64,000 nucleotides of DNA from Chthonomonadales bacterium (lineage in GTDB: Bacteria > Armatimonadota > Chthonomonadetes > Chthonomonadales > CAJBBX01): the NCBI GenBank assembly GCA_037443035.1, contig JBBIPC010000010.1, positions 1-64,000 of the forward strand. The letters are read 5' to 3'. The notes below the pieces were generated by a model that was not told where the DNA came from, made no database searches, and saw only the letters and a list, made by a program, of their open reading frames with translations. Both the position numbers and the translations under genes were made by a program. Positions 28,224 through 36,115 of the stretch are shown piece by piece (the stretch's first letter is position 1; every line of letters begins with the position of its first letter).

Positions 28224-29432
28224 ATGCCTACGTTCGAGTACACAGCGCGTACGGCTGGAGGCCAGCTAGTAACCGAGGCAATCAACTACTCGGACGAACT
28301 ATCGCTGCGCCAGTACTTGCGGAGCAATGATCTTTACGTTCTCGAAATACGCGAGAAACGCACGCGCACCGGTGCCAAGGGCCGGGGCACGGTCGGTCTC
28401 GGCGATATCATCCTCTTTACCCGGCATCTACGGACGATGATCATGGCGGGCATGCCGCTCATCAGCGCATTGGAGGCGCTGGCGGAACAGACGGGCAGTG
28501 CGCGATTGGCCGAAGTGCTGACGAATGTGACGAAATCGGTCGCCGGTGGAAAATCGCTGGCAGCCTCCATGGCTCAGTATCCGACCGTCTTTCCTGAGCT
28601 GCTCATCACCATGACGCAAGCAGGCGAAGAGGGTGGTCGCCTGCCGGACACACTCAGGGAGGCTTCCCGTCAGCTCGAGCTGCAGATGGAGATCCGTCAG
28701 AAGCTCATCAGCGCCATGATGTATCCCGCATTCACATTGACGGCGACGGTGCTGACTGTCACGGCCATGATGCTCTTCATCGTGCCGGTCTTCGCGAAAA
28801 TCTACCATGACCTGAAGGCTCCGCTGCCAGCGATCACACAGCTCCTCATCCGCATCAGCGATGCCCTGATTCACCAGGGATGGATCTTCTTGCTCATCTT
28901 GATCGCGGGCATAGCATTCCTGCGGCGGTATTACAAGACGCCGGAAGGAAGGCTGAAGATAGACGCGTTCAAGCTCAGAATTCCTGTTGTAGGGAACCTT
29001 GTGCGAAAATCTGCGTCAGCGAATCTGACGAGTAGCCTTGCAGGTCTGCTGGACAGTGGCGTTCCCCTGATTCAGGCGCTGCAGACGGCATCAAGGGTCT
29101 GCGGGAACGAGGTCATGGCAGAGGCAGCGCGATCGGCGGCGCACAATCTCGCGTTGGGTCGGAAGCTCTCGTCGGAACTGGACAAGAGCGGGCAGTTCCC
29201 GCCCATGGTGGTGCGCATGATCGCCATGGCCGAGGAAGTTGGGGCCATGCCGGAGGTGCTGAGGCAAGTAGCTGCCGGTTACATAGAGGAAGTGGAATAC
29301 GCCATTCGACGGGTGATGACGATTATCGAGCCCATTATGGTGCTTTGTGTAGGCGGAATCGTGGGTTTCGTACTCGTGGCCATGTATTATCCGATCTTCA
29401 ACATGGGCAATGTCTTCCTGTCGGGGGCTTAG
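28224..29432 (+). CDS. pilC: Type IV pilus inner-membrane platform protein (PilC/GspF)
   Basis: MPTFEY, AGEEGG, AMMYP, FIVPVF, SGVPL and IEP...AMYYPIF. Confidence 0.93.
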   Translation: MPTFEYTARTAGGQLVTEAINYSDELSLRQYLRSNDLYVLEIREKRTRTGAKGRGTVGLGDIILFTRHLRTMIMAGMPLISALEALAEQTGSARLAEVLTNVTKSVAGGKSLAASMAQYPTVFPELLITMTQAGEEGGRLPDTLREASRQLELQMEIRQKLISAMMYPAFTLTATVLTVTAMMLFIVPVFAKIYHDLKAPLPAITQLLIRISDALIHQGWIFLLILIAGIAFLRRYYKTPEGRLKIDAFKLRIPVVGNLVRKSASANLTSSLAGLLDSGVPLIQALQTASRVCGNEVMAEAARSAAHNLALGRKLSSELDKSGQFPPMVVRMIAMAEEVGAMPEVLRQVAAGYIEEVEYAIRRVMTIIEPIMVLCVGGIVGFVLVAMYYPIFNMGNVFLSGA

Positions 29433-29509
29433 CCATGTGCCTCCCCTGACGTATCATAGCGGCCCTGGGCCGCAGTAGACCCTATCCTCGCGAAAGGAGA
29501 GGACAATCC

Positions 29510-29926
29510 ATGCAAGTCAATCGTAACAGACGCAGAGGCTTCAGCCTCGTCGAGCTGCTGGCCGTCGTGCTCGTCCTCGCGGTTCTGGCGGCCGTGGCCA
29601 TCCCGCTCTATGTGAGCCAGCGCCGTTCCGCGGCAGGTCGCGCCTGCAAAGCCAATCTGAACGCCCTTGCCTCGGCATGCTCGGCGTACGCGCTCCGCAA
29701 CGGCCAGTACCCGGCGGCCTTGTCGGCGGTCGTGGGGGCTGCAGAAGGCTTGACAGAGATCCCGAACTGCCCCTTGGGTGGTGCGTACACCTACTCCAGA
29801 CCGACTGCAACCGGTGCGGCCACCATCTCCTGTCCCAACGCGTCGCAGCACGTGGGCTATGGCGGCACGGCGTCTACGGAGTGGATCAAGACGCTAGCGG
29901 CGCCTGGCACAGACTCACTGCCATAA
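29510..29926 (+). CDS. Major type IV pilin, copy 1
   Basis: RRRG|FSLVELL class III signal, E5, P22; strong RBS. Confidence 0.93.
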   Translation: MQVNRNRRRGFSLVELLAVVLVLAVLAAVAIPLYVSQRRSAAGRACKANLNALASACSAYALRNGQYPAALSAVVGAAEGLTEIPNCPLGGAYTYSRPTATGAATISCPNASQHVGYGGTASTEWIKTLAAPGTDSLP

Positions 29927-29943
29927 CGACCATCTATGCAGCT

Positions 29944-29977
29944 GGGGGTCGGGATATCCGCAGGCGGTCCGGCCCCC
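29944..29977 (+). terminator. Stem-loop downstream of pilin 1
   Basis: GGGGGTCGG...CCGGCCCCC, no U-tract. Confidence 0.5.
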
Positions 29978-30034
29978 TCATCAAGTACTAGGCTCTTGAA
30001 CGACGCAACCACTATCTCACGGAGGTACATTACA

Positions 30035-30451
30035 ATGCAACCCAATCGAAACAGGACACGCAGAGGCTTCAGCCTCGTGGAACTGCTGGCGGTCGTCCTC
30101 GTGCTAGCGGTTCTGGCAGCCGTTGCTGTGCCATTGTATGTCAGCCAGCGGCGGTCAGCAGCCGGGCGTGCGTGCAAAGCGAATCTGTCGGCGATCTCGT
30201 CGGCGGCAGCAGCGTACGCGCTTCGGACCGGGTCCTATCCAGCGGCCTTGTCTAGCCTCGTAGGTGCGGCAGAGGGCCTGACCGAGATCCCGAATTGCCC
30301 ATTGGGAGGAGCGTACACGTGGTCGGTCGCATCCTCAGGTACGGCGACCCTCACATGCCCGAACGCATCGTCCCACGTGGGCTACGGCGGCACGGCCTCC
30401 ACGGAGTGGATCAAGACGCTGGCCGCGCCGGGCGCGGATTCTCTGCCGTAA
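30035..30451 (+). CDS. Major type IV pilin, copy 2
   Basis: TRRG|FSLVELL; GGAGGT RBS before ATG 30035. Confidence 0.93.
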   Translation: MQPNRNRTRRGFSLVELLAVVLVLAVLAAVAVPLYVSQRRSAAGRACKANLSAISSAAAAYALRTGSYPAALSSLVGAAEGLTEIPNCPLGGAYTWSVASSGTATLTCPNASSHVGYGGTASTEWIKTLAAPGADSLP

Positions 30452-30825
30452 GAGGAATCCGGCTCATCACACGGCTGAGCACCATTGCACGCGGGAATAG
30501 GAGGAGTCGCGCGAGCGGTGGCGTAGTGTACAATGAGAGTGGGGTAGTTTCCCCGGTCTTGAATGGCTAGGCCGGTGGGAAGCTGCGCCGAGGTGGTGAG
30601 GTGAACCTGAGGGATGTTGTTTCAGGCGCACGTCGGTGACTGCCCATGCGGCCTCCGGCGGGCGCCTGGCAGGGCAGTGGGTTCCTTCGGTACCTCACAA
30701 TGATTCTGAGATGTTGCCGTGGCGTCTGTCGTGGGCTCGTTCCGTGGTGTGGGCGAGCAGGAGACGCAGCGGCGTGGGCCGCAGAGCGTCTCACCTTCTA
30801 CTGAGGAGAGGAAGGAGAGAAGCTC

Positions 30826-31248
30826 ATGAGAACAAGGGCGCGAGCAAGTGCGCGGAAGCGAGGCTTCAGTCTTGTCGAGCTGCTGGCCGTGGTGCTCGTA
30901 CTGGCCGTGCTGGCGGCCGTGGCGGTGCCATTGTACACTAGCCAGAGACGGTCAGCAGCAGGGCGGGCATGTAAAGCGAACATGACGGCGATTGCATCGG
31001 CTGCGTCGGCGTGGGCGCTCCGAAACGGGGCGTATCCATCTTCGCTAACCAGTCTGGTCGGAGCTGCCGAGGGGCTGACGGAGGTGCCGCAATGCCCGCT
31101 AGGTGGAACCTATAGCTGGTCGGTTGCGTCCTCTGGGACTGCGACGCTGTCGTGCCCGAATGCCACCTCGCATGTTGGCTACGGTGGTACGGCGTCCACG
31201 GATTGGATCCGTACGCTGGCAGCACCCGGCGCGGACTCGCTACCGTAG
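30826..31248 (+). CDS. Major type IV pilin, copy 3
   Basis: RKRG|FSLVELL; purine-rich RBS. Confidence 0.93.
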   Translation: MRTRARASARKRGFSLVELLAVVLVLAVLAAVAVPLYTSQRRSAAGRACKANMTAIASAASAWALRNGAYPSSLTSLVGAAEGLTEVPQCPLGGTYSWSVASSGTATLSCPNATSHVGYGGTASTDWIRTLAAPGADSLP

Positions 31249-31262
31249 TGGATCGGTGGATG

Positions 31263-31308
31263 TGCTGGCCACCGCCGGCGCGAGGATGAGCCGGGCAGGT
31301 GGCCAGCA
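31263..31308 (+). terminator. Strong stem-loop between major and minor pilin genes
   Basis: Perfect 11-bp stem TGCTGGCCACC/GGTGGCCAGCA, no U-tract. Confidence 0.6.
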
Positions 31309-31379
31309 GGCGGCGCTGTCTATTGAGTAGCAGACAGACAATGAAGCACGTGGTCTTCCGACATGAGGAAAGGACCGGT

Positions 31380-32699
31380 ATGAAAATGGCAGTAAGTATC
31401 CACTCCAGTCGGAACAGGCGCGGCGCAGCGCTGATGCTCGCCTTGGCGCTGAGCCTCTGTTTGACCATGCTCATCGTGGCCACGCAGCTCGAAGCCATCG
31501 CCGAGTTCAAGGTGTCGCGCACCGAGCGGGATTTCGAGCGCGCGCTCCAGATGGCGGAGGCTGGGGCGAACGCCTATGCACATCGCCTCACCTTCGGAAC
31601 GGCTCCGGAGGATCCGGATGGCGCGCTCCTGCCGCCGCTCTATGAGTTTCCGGAGGGCACCGCGCCCACGATCGAGGAGTTCAAGACGGGTGTACGGAAC
31701 GGGACGTATACCGTCATCCGCTACCCGGCAGGCTCCCAGCAGGGCTATTTCGCTGCGACTATCGGCAGCCCCGGCGATACGGCGCGCATCGTCTCATACG
31801 GCTGGTCCAACGGCGTCGTACGCCGTGTGATCACCGTGGCGAGCACTCAGACGGCGCCAGATGACATTGACGACGATACGGAGATCCATCCATCGGGCGA
31901 GTACTCCCTCTTCGCTATCACGTCGCTCACGGTACAGAACAACAATGTCCTCAATGGGGGCATTGGAACGAATGGGTCTGTCTCCCTTGACAATAACTGC
32001 GACGTATCGAATGGTGTCGTCGCACTGTGCGGTCCGAACGCTTCTGTATCCCTGGGCAACAACGTATCGGCGACGGTGGAACGGCACGAAGATCCCGTGG
32101 TCTGGCCTACCGTGGCGCAGATCGCCGACCGGCTGTTTCCCGACGGCGGTCTTGCGTGGCTCGCCACCCACAACGACAATGCCATGGCCACGATCAACGG
32201 AGTTGCGGGCATACCCTGCAAGAAGATCTACGCAACGAACAATGTTACGGTGGTCTTCCGGGGGAAGCCAGGAGGCGCCAACTACTATCTCACTGACGTC
32301 TACTTCAAGAACAACGCCACTGTTCGGTTCGACAACGCGAACGGACCCATACGGATCTGGATGGGACCGCTGGGAGGAAGGGGTCAGTGGTACTCCAAGA
32401 ACAATGCGGACTTTGTCGTGAGCTCCACGGATCCCGCTAAGGCGCCACGGCTGTACTTGGCGACAACGGGCGGCTTCCTGGGCAAGAACAACGTGACCTG
32501 CAATTTCGGCGTGTACGCGTACAATGAGCTGAACGGCGAGAAGTTCGGCCATGTCGAGCTGAAGAACAATATGTCCATGCAGGGGACGTTCATCGCCAAC
32601 ACCGTCGAAATGAAGAACAACGCCATGATCACAGCAGCAGCGCCTTACTGGCAACCTCTTGGCGGTGCATACTATGATATGTCGGTCTGGGAGGAGTAG
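31380..32699 (+). CDS. PilX-like minor pilin with C-terminal Asn-repeat domain
   Basis: RRG|AALMLAL without E5, ALQMAEAG PilX motif, IVSYG..RRV; repeated xNN motifs. Confidence 0.8.
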   Translation: MKMAVSIHSSRNRRGAALMLALALSLCLTMLIVATQLEAIAEFKVSRTERDFERALQMAEAGANAYAHRLTFGTAPEDPDGALLPPLYEFPEGTAPTIEEFKTGVRNGTYTVIRYPAGSQQGYFAATIGSPGDTARIVSYGWSNGVVRRVITVASTQTAPDDIDDDTEIHPSGEYSLFAITSLTVQNNNVLNGGIGTNGSVSLDNNCDVSNGVVALCGPNASVSLGNNVSATVERHEDPVVWPTVAQIADRLFPDGGLAWLATHNDNAMATINGVAGIPCKKIYATNNVTVVFRGKPGGANYYLTDVYFKNNATVRFDNANGPIRIWMGPLGGRGQWYSKNNADFVVSSTDPAKAPRLYLATTGGFLGKNNVTCNFGVYAYNELNGEKFGHVELKNNMSMQGTFIANTVEMKNNAMITAAAPYWQPLGGAYYDMSVWEE

Positions 32700-32720
32700 C
32701 GAACGGGGAGCCAGACGGCA

Positions 32721-33185
32721 ATGAAGGGTCTGCGACGTCGGCGACACAACACGGCGGGCATGACGCTCACGGAGGTTCTCGTGGCAGCCGTCATTCTCGG
32801 CATCGTGGCCGCTGGCGCAGCAGCGAGCTGGACCATGGCATCGAGGGCAGCTGCCAACAAGCGTGCTGTGGAAATCGGCACGGCCATCGCGGTGCAGGAG
32901 CTGGAACGCCTCAAAGCCATGCGGTACCCCTATCTCGTGCCGTCGCCCATGCAAGGCGGGCAGCCGGTGCCTACGGTCCGCTGGTACGACCGCTTCGGCA
33001 ACTACCTTGGACCGTCAGCGACCAGCGGCGATTTCCAAGCACGAGAGGTCATTCGCGTCCTCATCGATCGGGACGGCCAGCCGAACAACGAGGACCTCAA
33101 AGAGATCGTTGTGGAAGTCTGGGACGGCAACCAGACGAGACTCTACGAGACCGCGCGGACGATTCTCACTTTCGGCGGAGTATAG
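32721..33185 (+). CDS. PilV-like minor pilin
   Basis: AG|MTLTEVLVAAVIL; A.QELERLK; LKEIVVEV.W. Confidence 0.8.
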   Translation: MKGLRRRRHNTAGMTLTEVLVAAVILGIVAAGAAASWTMASRAAANKRAVEIGTAIAVQELERLKAMRYPYLVPSPMQGGQPVPTVRWYDRFGNYLGPSATSGDFQAREVIRVLIDRDGQPNNEDLKEIVVEVWDGNQTRLYETARTILTFGGV

Positions 33186-33187
33186 TC

Positions 33188-33754
33188 TTGCGCGCAAGAA
33201 TCGCATATCGTCGCATGCTGGCTGGCGTGACGCTTCTGGAGATGGTATCCAGCCTCGCCATTCTTGCCATCATCGTCGCGGCGACGGTCTCATTGTACTG
33301 GACAGGGCAGCTAGCGCATCGGCGGGCCGGGTTCTACAGCCGCGCTCAGACCGACATCCGCAACGCCATGCGACAGATGACCCGCGTGACGCGCAATGCG
33401 CAGTCCGTCGTGGCCCAGGGGACAGTGGGGACTCTAACCGGTCTGGCCAGCAACGGGAACCAGCTCGTGCTCAGGTTGTCCTCGCAGGGCACGCCTCTGG
33501 AGTGCCGGTACTACTTGTCGAATGGTGTGCTTTATCAGCAGTCAAGTACAGAGGCCGCTCCTGGGAGACCGCTGCTACAAGGCGTCGTAACAGTGACGTT
33601 CAACTACTACCGGACGGTTGCCGGTACCCGCACATCGGTCAATGGTTCGCCGGCGACAGCCACGGAAGTGGAAATCAACATACGCGCACGGTCCGGCTCG
33701 GTGACGACAGGGCTCACCACCTATGTGACTATCCGCAACGCCATTGCGGTCTGA
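33188..33754 (+). CDS. PilW-like minor pilin
   Basis: AG|VTLLEMVSSL; RYYLSNGVL; FNYY; VTIRN terminus. Confidence 0.8.
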   Translation: MRARIAYRRMLAGVTLLEMVSSLAILAIIVAATVSLYWTGQLAHRRAGFYSRAQTDIRNAMRQMTRVTRNAQSVVAQGTVGTLTGLASNGNQLVLRLSSQGTPLECRYYLSNGVLYQQSSTEAAPGRPLLQGVVTVTFNYYRTVAGTRTSVNGSPATATEVEINIRARSGSVTTGLTTYVTIRNAIAV

Positions 33755-33833
33755 CGACCCAATGGCATGTGCGGCGGCGATGTGGTATGGGAGAGATGCG
33801 CTGCCGAGGCAGGTGCCTGTGCAGTGAGAGAAG

Positions 33834-35468
33834 ATGGCTGATACACGCGGGGCCAACTTAGGGCTGTTTCTCTGTCAGGAAGTGATCATCGCCGCCTTCG
33901 TGCGTTCGAGCCGGGGTCGGGCGCACGTCACGGCTGTGGGCACCACCCCCACACCGCGCGGAACCGTGGATGCCGCCGGGGTACGGGATCCCGCGCGTGT
34001 GGGGCAGGCGATACGATCCCTTCTGCGAAGCATGCGTGCACGCGCAAGCTCAGCCGCGGTCGCCATGCCACCTGGCGCTGCCGGAATGCGGTCCTTTCGA
34101 CTGCCTACCGTTCCCGAGCGGGAGCGACGCGCTCTGGTGAGGGGTGAACTCGAGACTGCTGGAGCGCTGCCGATTGGAGCTGGTGCCTTCGGATTCTTGT
34201 GGGTGGAACTGACCGAGGAAGAGGAGCGCGAACAGTCGGACGTTTTCGCCTTCCATACCGACGACTCAGTGGTGGACGGAGTGCGAGAGGCGCTGCGCGT
34301 AGCCGGTCTGCGCCTTGAGTGTATGGAACCGTACTCTATCGCCGCCATGCGGGCGTACTTGGGCACCAGGGAAGCACTAGAACCAGTGGCGCTTCTCTGT
34401 CCTTCCGACACGCATTCCGATCTGTGCATGCTCGACGGAGCACGTGTGCGGTATCTGCGACGCATCGCAGGAGGATGGGAAGACCTGCGCTATCTGACTC
34501 GGACAGCCAGCGCGACGGAGACAGGTCCCTCCACTTCCCGGAGTGTGTTGCTCACCGAGGAGGAGGCGTCGGCTGAAGCGCCTGAAGCCACACCGCAGAC
34601 TCTCGTTGGTCTGGCGCCTGCGGACCAATCGGTGACGAGGAGCTTCCTCGCTTCGGAGGTGGCCAGAAGCTTCGCGTTCTACTCTCGAGAGTACAAGAGT
34701 GCCAACGTGCCGCGCAGCCTCGTCATCCTCAGTCCGCGCCGGTTCGCCGAGGACATTGTCCAGACGCTAGCGCCGGTTGTGCCCATCCCTGTGGTGGCAG
34801 AGGACGCGGCAGCGTTGTTAGACCTACCAGAAAGCTCCGAGGGTGAGCTAGGGTTGCTGGGCTATCTGGCGGCCGCCGGTGTCTGCATGGCTGGCGAGGC
34901 GAATGCGCTGCCGCGCCTGGATACGTCTCGGCAGGAGGCGTCGGCTCTCTCGCGACGGCAGGCACCCAACCTGCTGCTGGCGGGGATGGCCGGCTCGACG
35001 GTATGGATGATCCTCAGCATCCTAGCGGCTGTCGCGCTTTCGTTCCTGCAATCTTCAGCCGAGGTCGAGAATAACTTGCTGCAGAGGGACCTGACGGAGG
35101 AGTGGAAGCGCCACGTCGGGCCCATGCGGAACCTGGAGACGTTCAATGCAGCACGCCAAGCGCAGCGGCAGGTTGCGCTGCCTGCCGGCGCCATCCTGGC
35201 CGCCCTAGCTCAGGCCTACACGAACGGTATCAGCCTCACGAACGTCAAGCTGGAATCTGGAGCCAAAGTCACGGTCGAGGGCAACGCGATGTCCCCAGAG
35301 AGCATGCAGACCTTCGCCGACAACTTGGCCAAGGCCGGCGTCGTGAAGAACGTTACATTCGACATGATGCATCAGGATCGGGACGGCCTCTTCAGTTTCA
35401 GGATCGTGGGTTCATCGGCCGGCCTTAGTCCGGAGGGGGCGGTCGCGGCCGCCGGAGGACAGGGCTGA
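33834..35468 (+). CDS. PilM actin-like domain fused to a PilN-like domain
   Basis: GTV...GVRDP..VGQAI, AGLR..CMEP, EVARSF.FY; then a TM helix and GISLTNV..VTVEGNA..F..NL. Confidence 0.78.
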   Translation: MADTRGANLGLFLCQEVIIAAFVRSSRGRAHVTAVGTTPTPRGTVDAAGVRDPARVGQAIRSLLRSMRARASSAAVAMPPGAAGMRSFRLPTVPERERRALVRGELETAGALPIGAGAFGFLWVELTEEEEREQSDVFAFHTDDSVVDGVREALRVAGLRLECMEPYSIAAMRAYLGTREALEPVALLCPSDTHSDLCMLDGARVRYLRRIAGGWEDLRYLTRTASATETGPSTSRSVLLTEEEASAEAPEATPQTLVGLAPADQSVTRSFLASEVARSFAFYSREYKSANVPRSLVILSPRRFAEDIVQTLAPVVPIPVVAEDAAALLDLPESSEGELGLLGYLAAAGVCMAGEANALPRLDTSRQEASALSRRQAPNLLLAGMAGSTVWMILSILAAVALSFLQSSAEVENNLLQRDLTEEWKRHVGPMRNLETFNAARQAQRQVALPAGAILAALAQAYTNGISLTNVKLESGAKVTVEGNAMSPESMQTFADNLAKAGVVKNVTFDMMHQDRDGLFSFRIVGSSAGLSPEGAVAAAGGQG

Positions 35469-36079
35469 TGCTGTCTTCGCTGCCGCCGCAAGTCCAGCAG
35501 CGCCTGGCGGTCCTGGTTCCCATCATCGCCCTGGTCGTGTCGCTCTTTGTTGTGTATCCGGGTTGGAATAACTGGAGGGACCTCGTGCGCAAGGCCGAAG
35601 AGAAGAGAACCAAGCTACAAACGCTGAAGAACACACCGATTCCTATGGCTGCGGCCAAACAGCCGGCAGCGGCCGACACTCCCTCGGAGCCGCCGGAGTT
35701 CCTTGCCAGTGTGCGCGAGGTCGCCGCAAGGGCGGGCTGTAGCGTGGTGGGCTTCGACCTGACGCTGCCTCCGGCACCGGCCACAGGCGAAAAGGAGTTG
35801 GCCTTGGGCGGCAACCCAGACCCGGCCAAGGAAGCGGCGGAGAAGGCCAAGAAGTCGCTGGTGAAGCCCGTCAGGGGAAAGATCGAGATCGAGGCGGACT
35901 ACCAGCACATACGGGAGTTCTTGCAGGGGATTCAGAACGCGCCGCGTCTCTATGCCATTGCAGGAGTCGACATCACCAGCACCAACGTGGAGACCACGGG
36001 CCTACTGCGCGCGACGGTGGAGATCGAGCGATACGTACTGAACCCTGAGGCCAGTGCCCCGATTGGCCCAGCTCCGTAG
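35468..36079 (+). CDS. PilO-like protein
   Basis: N-terminal TM, coiled coil, IEADYQHIREFLQGIQNAPRL. Confidence 0.78.
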   Translation: MLSSLPPQVQQRLAVLVPIIALVVSLFVVYPGWNNWRDLVRKAEEKRTKLQTLKNTPIPMAAAKQPAAADTPSEPPEFLASVREVAARAGCSVVGFDLTLPPAPATGEKELALGGNPDPAKEAAEKAKKSLVKPVRGKIEIEADYQHIREFLQGIQNAPRLYAIAGVDITSTNVETTGLLRATVEIERYVLNPEASAPIGPAP

Positions 36080-36115
36080 CCCAGGAGGGTCCAGGGCGAA
36101 GGGAGGATAGACCAG

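Noticed and set aside
30540..30825. Known c-di-GMP-I/II, c-di-AMP or cobalamin riboswitch
   Set aside because: Diagnostic conserved motifs were not found by eye; kept only as an unknown structured leader
29510..31248. Electrically conductive (e-pili) pilins
   Set aside because: F1, Y24, aromatic 50 and Y57 are present, but position 27 is Gln, the pilins are full length, and aromatics are only about 9 of 128 residues in copy 1
29510..31248. Neisseria-like silent pilin cassettes for antigenic variation
   Set aside because: All copies are complete with RBS and signal; variation is mostly synonymous with no hypervariable C-terminus
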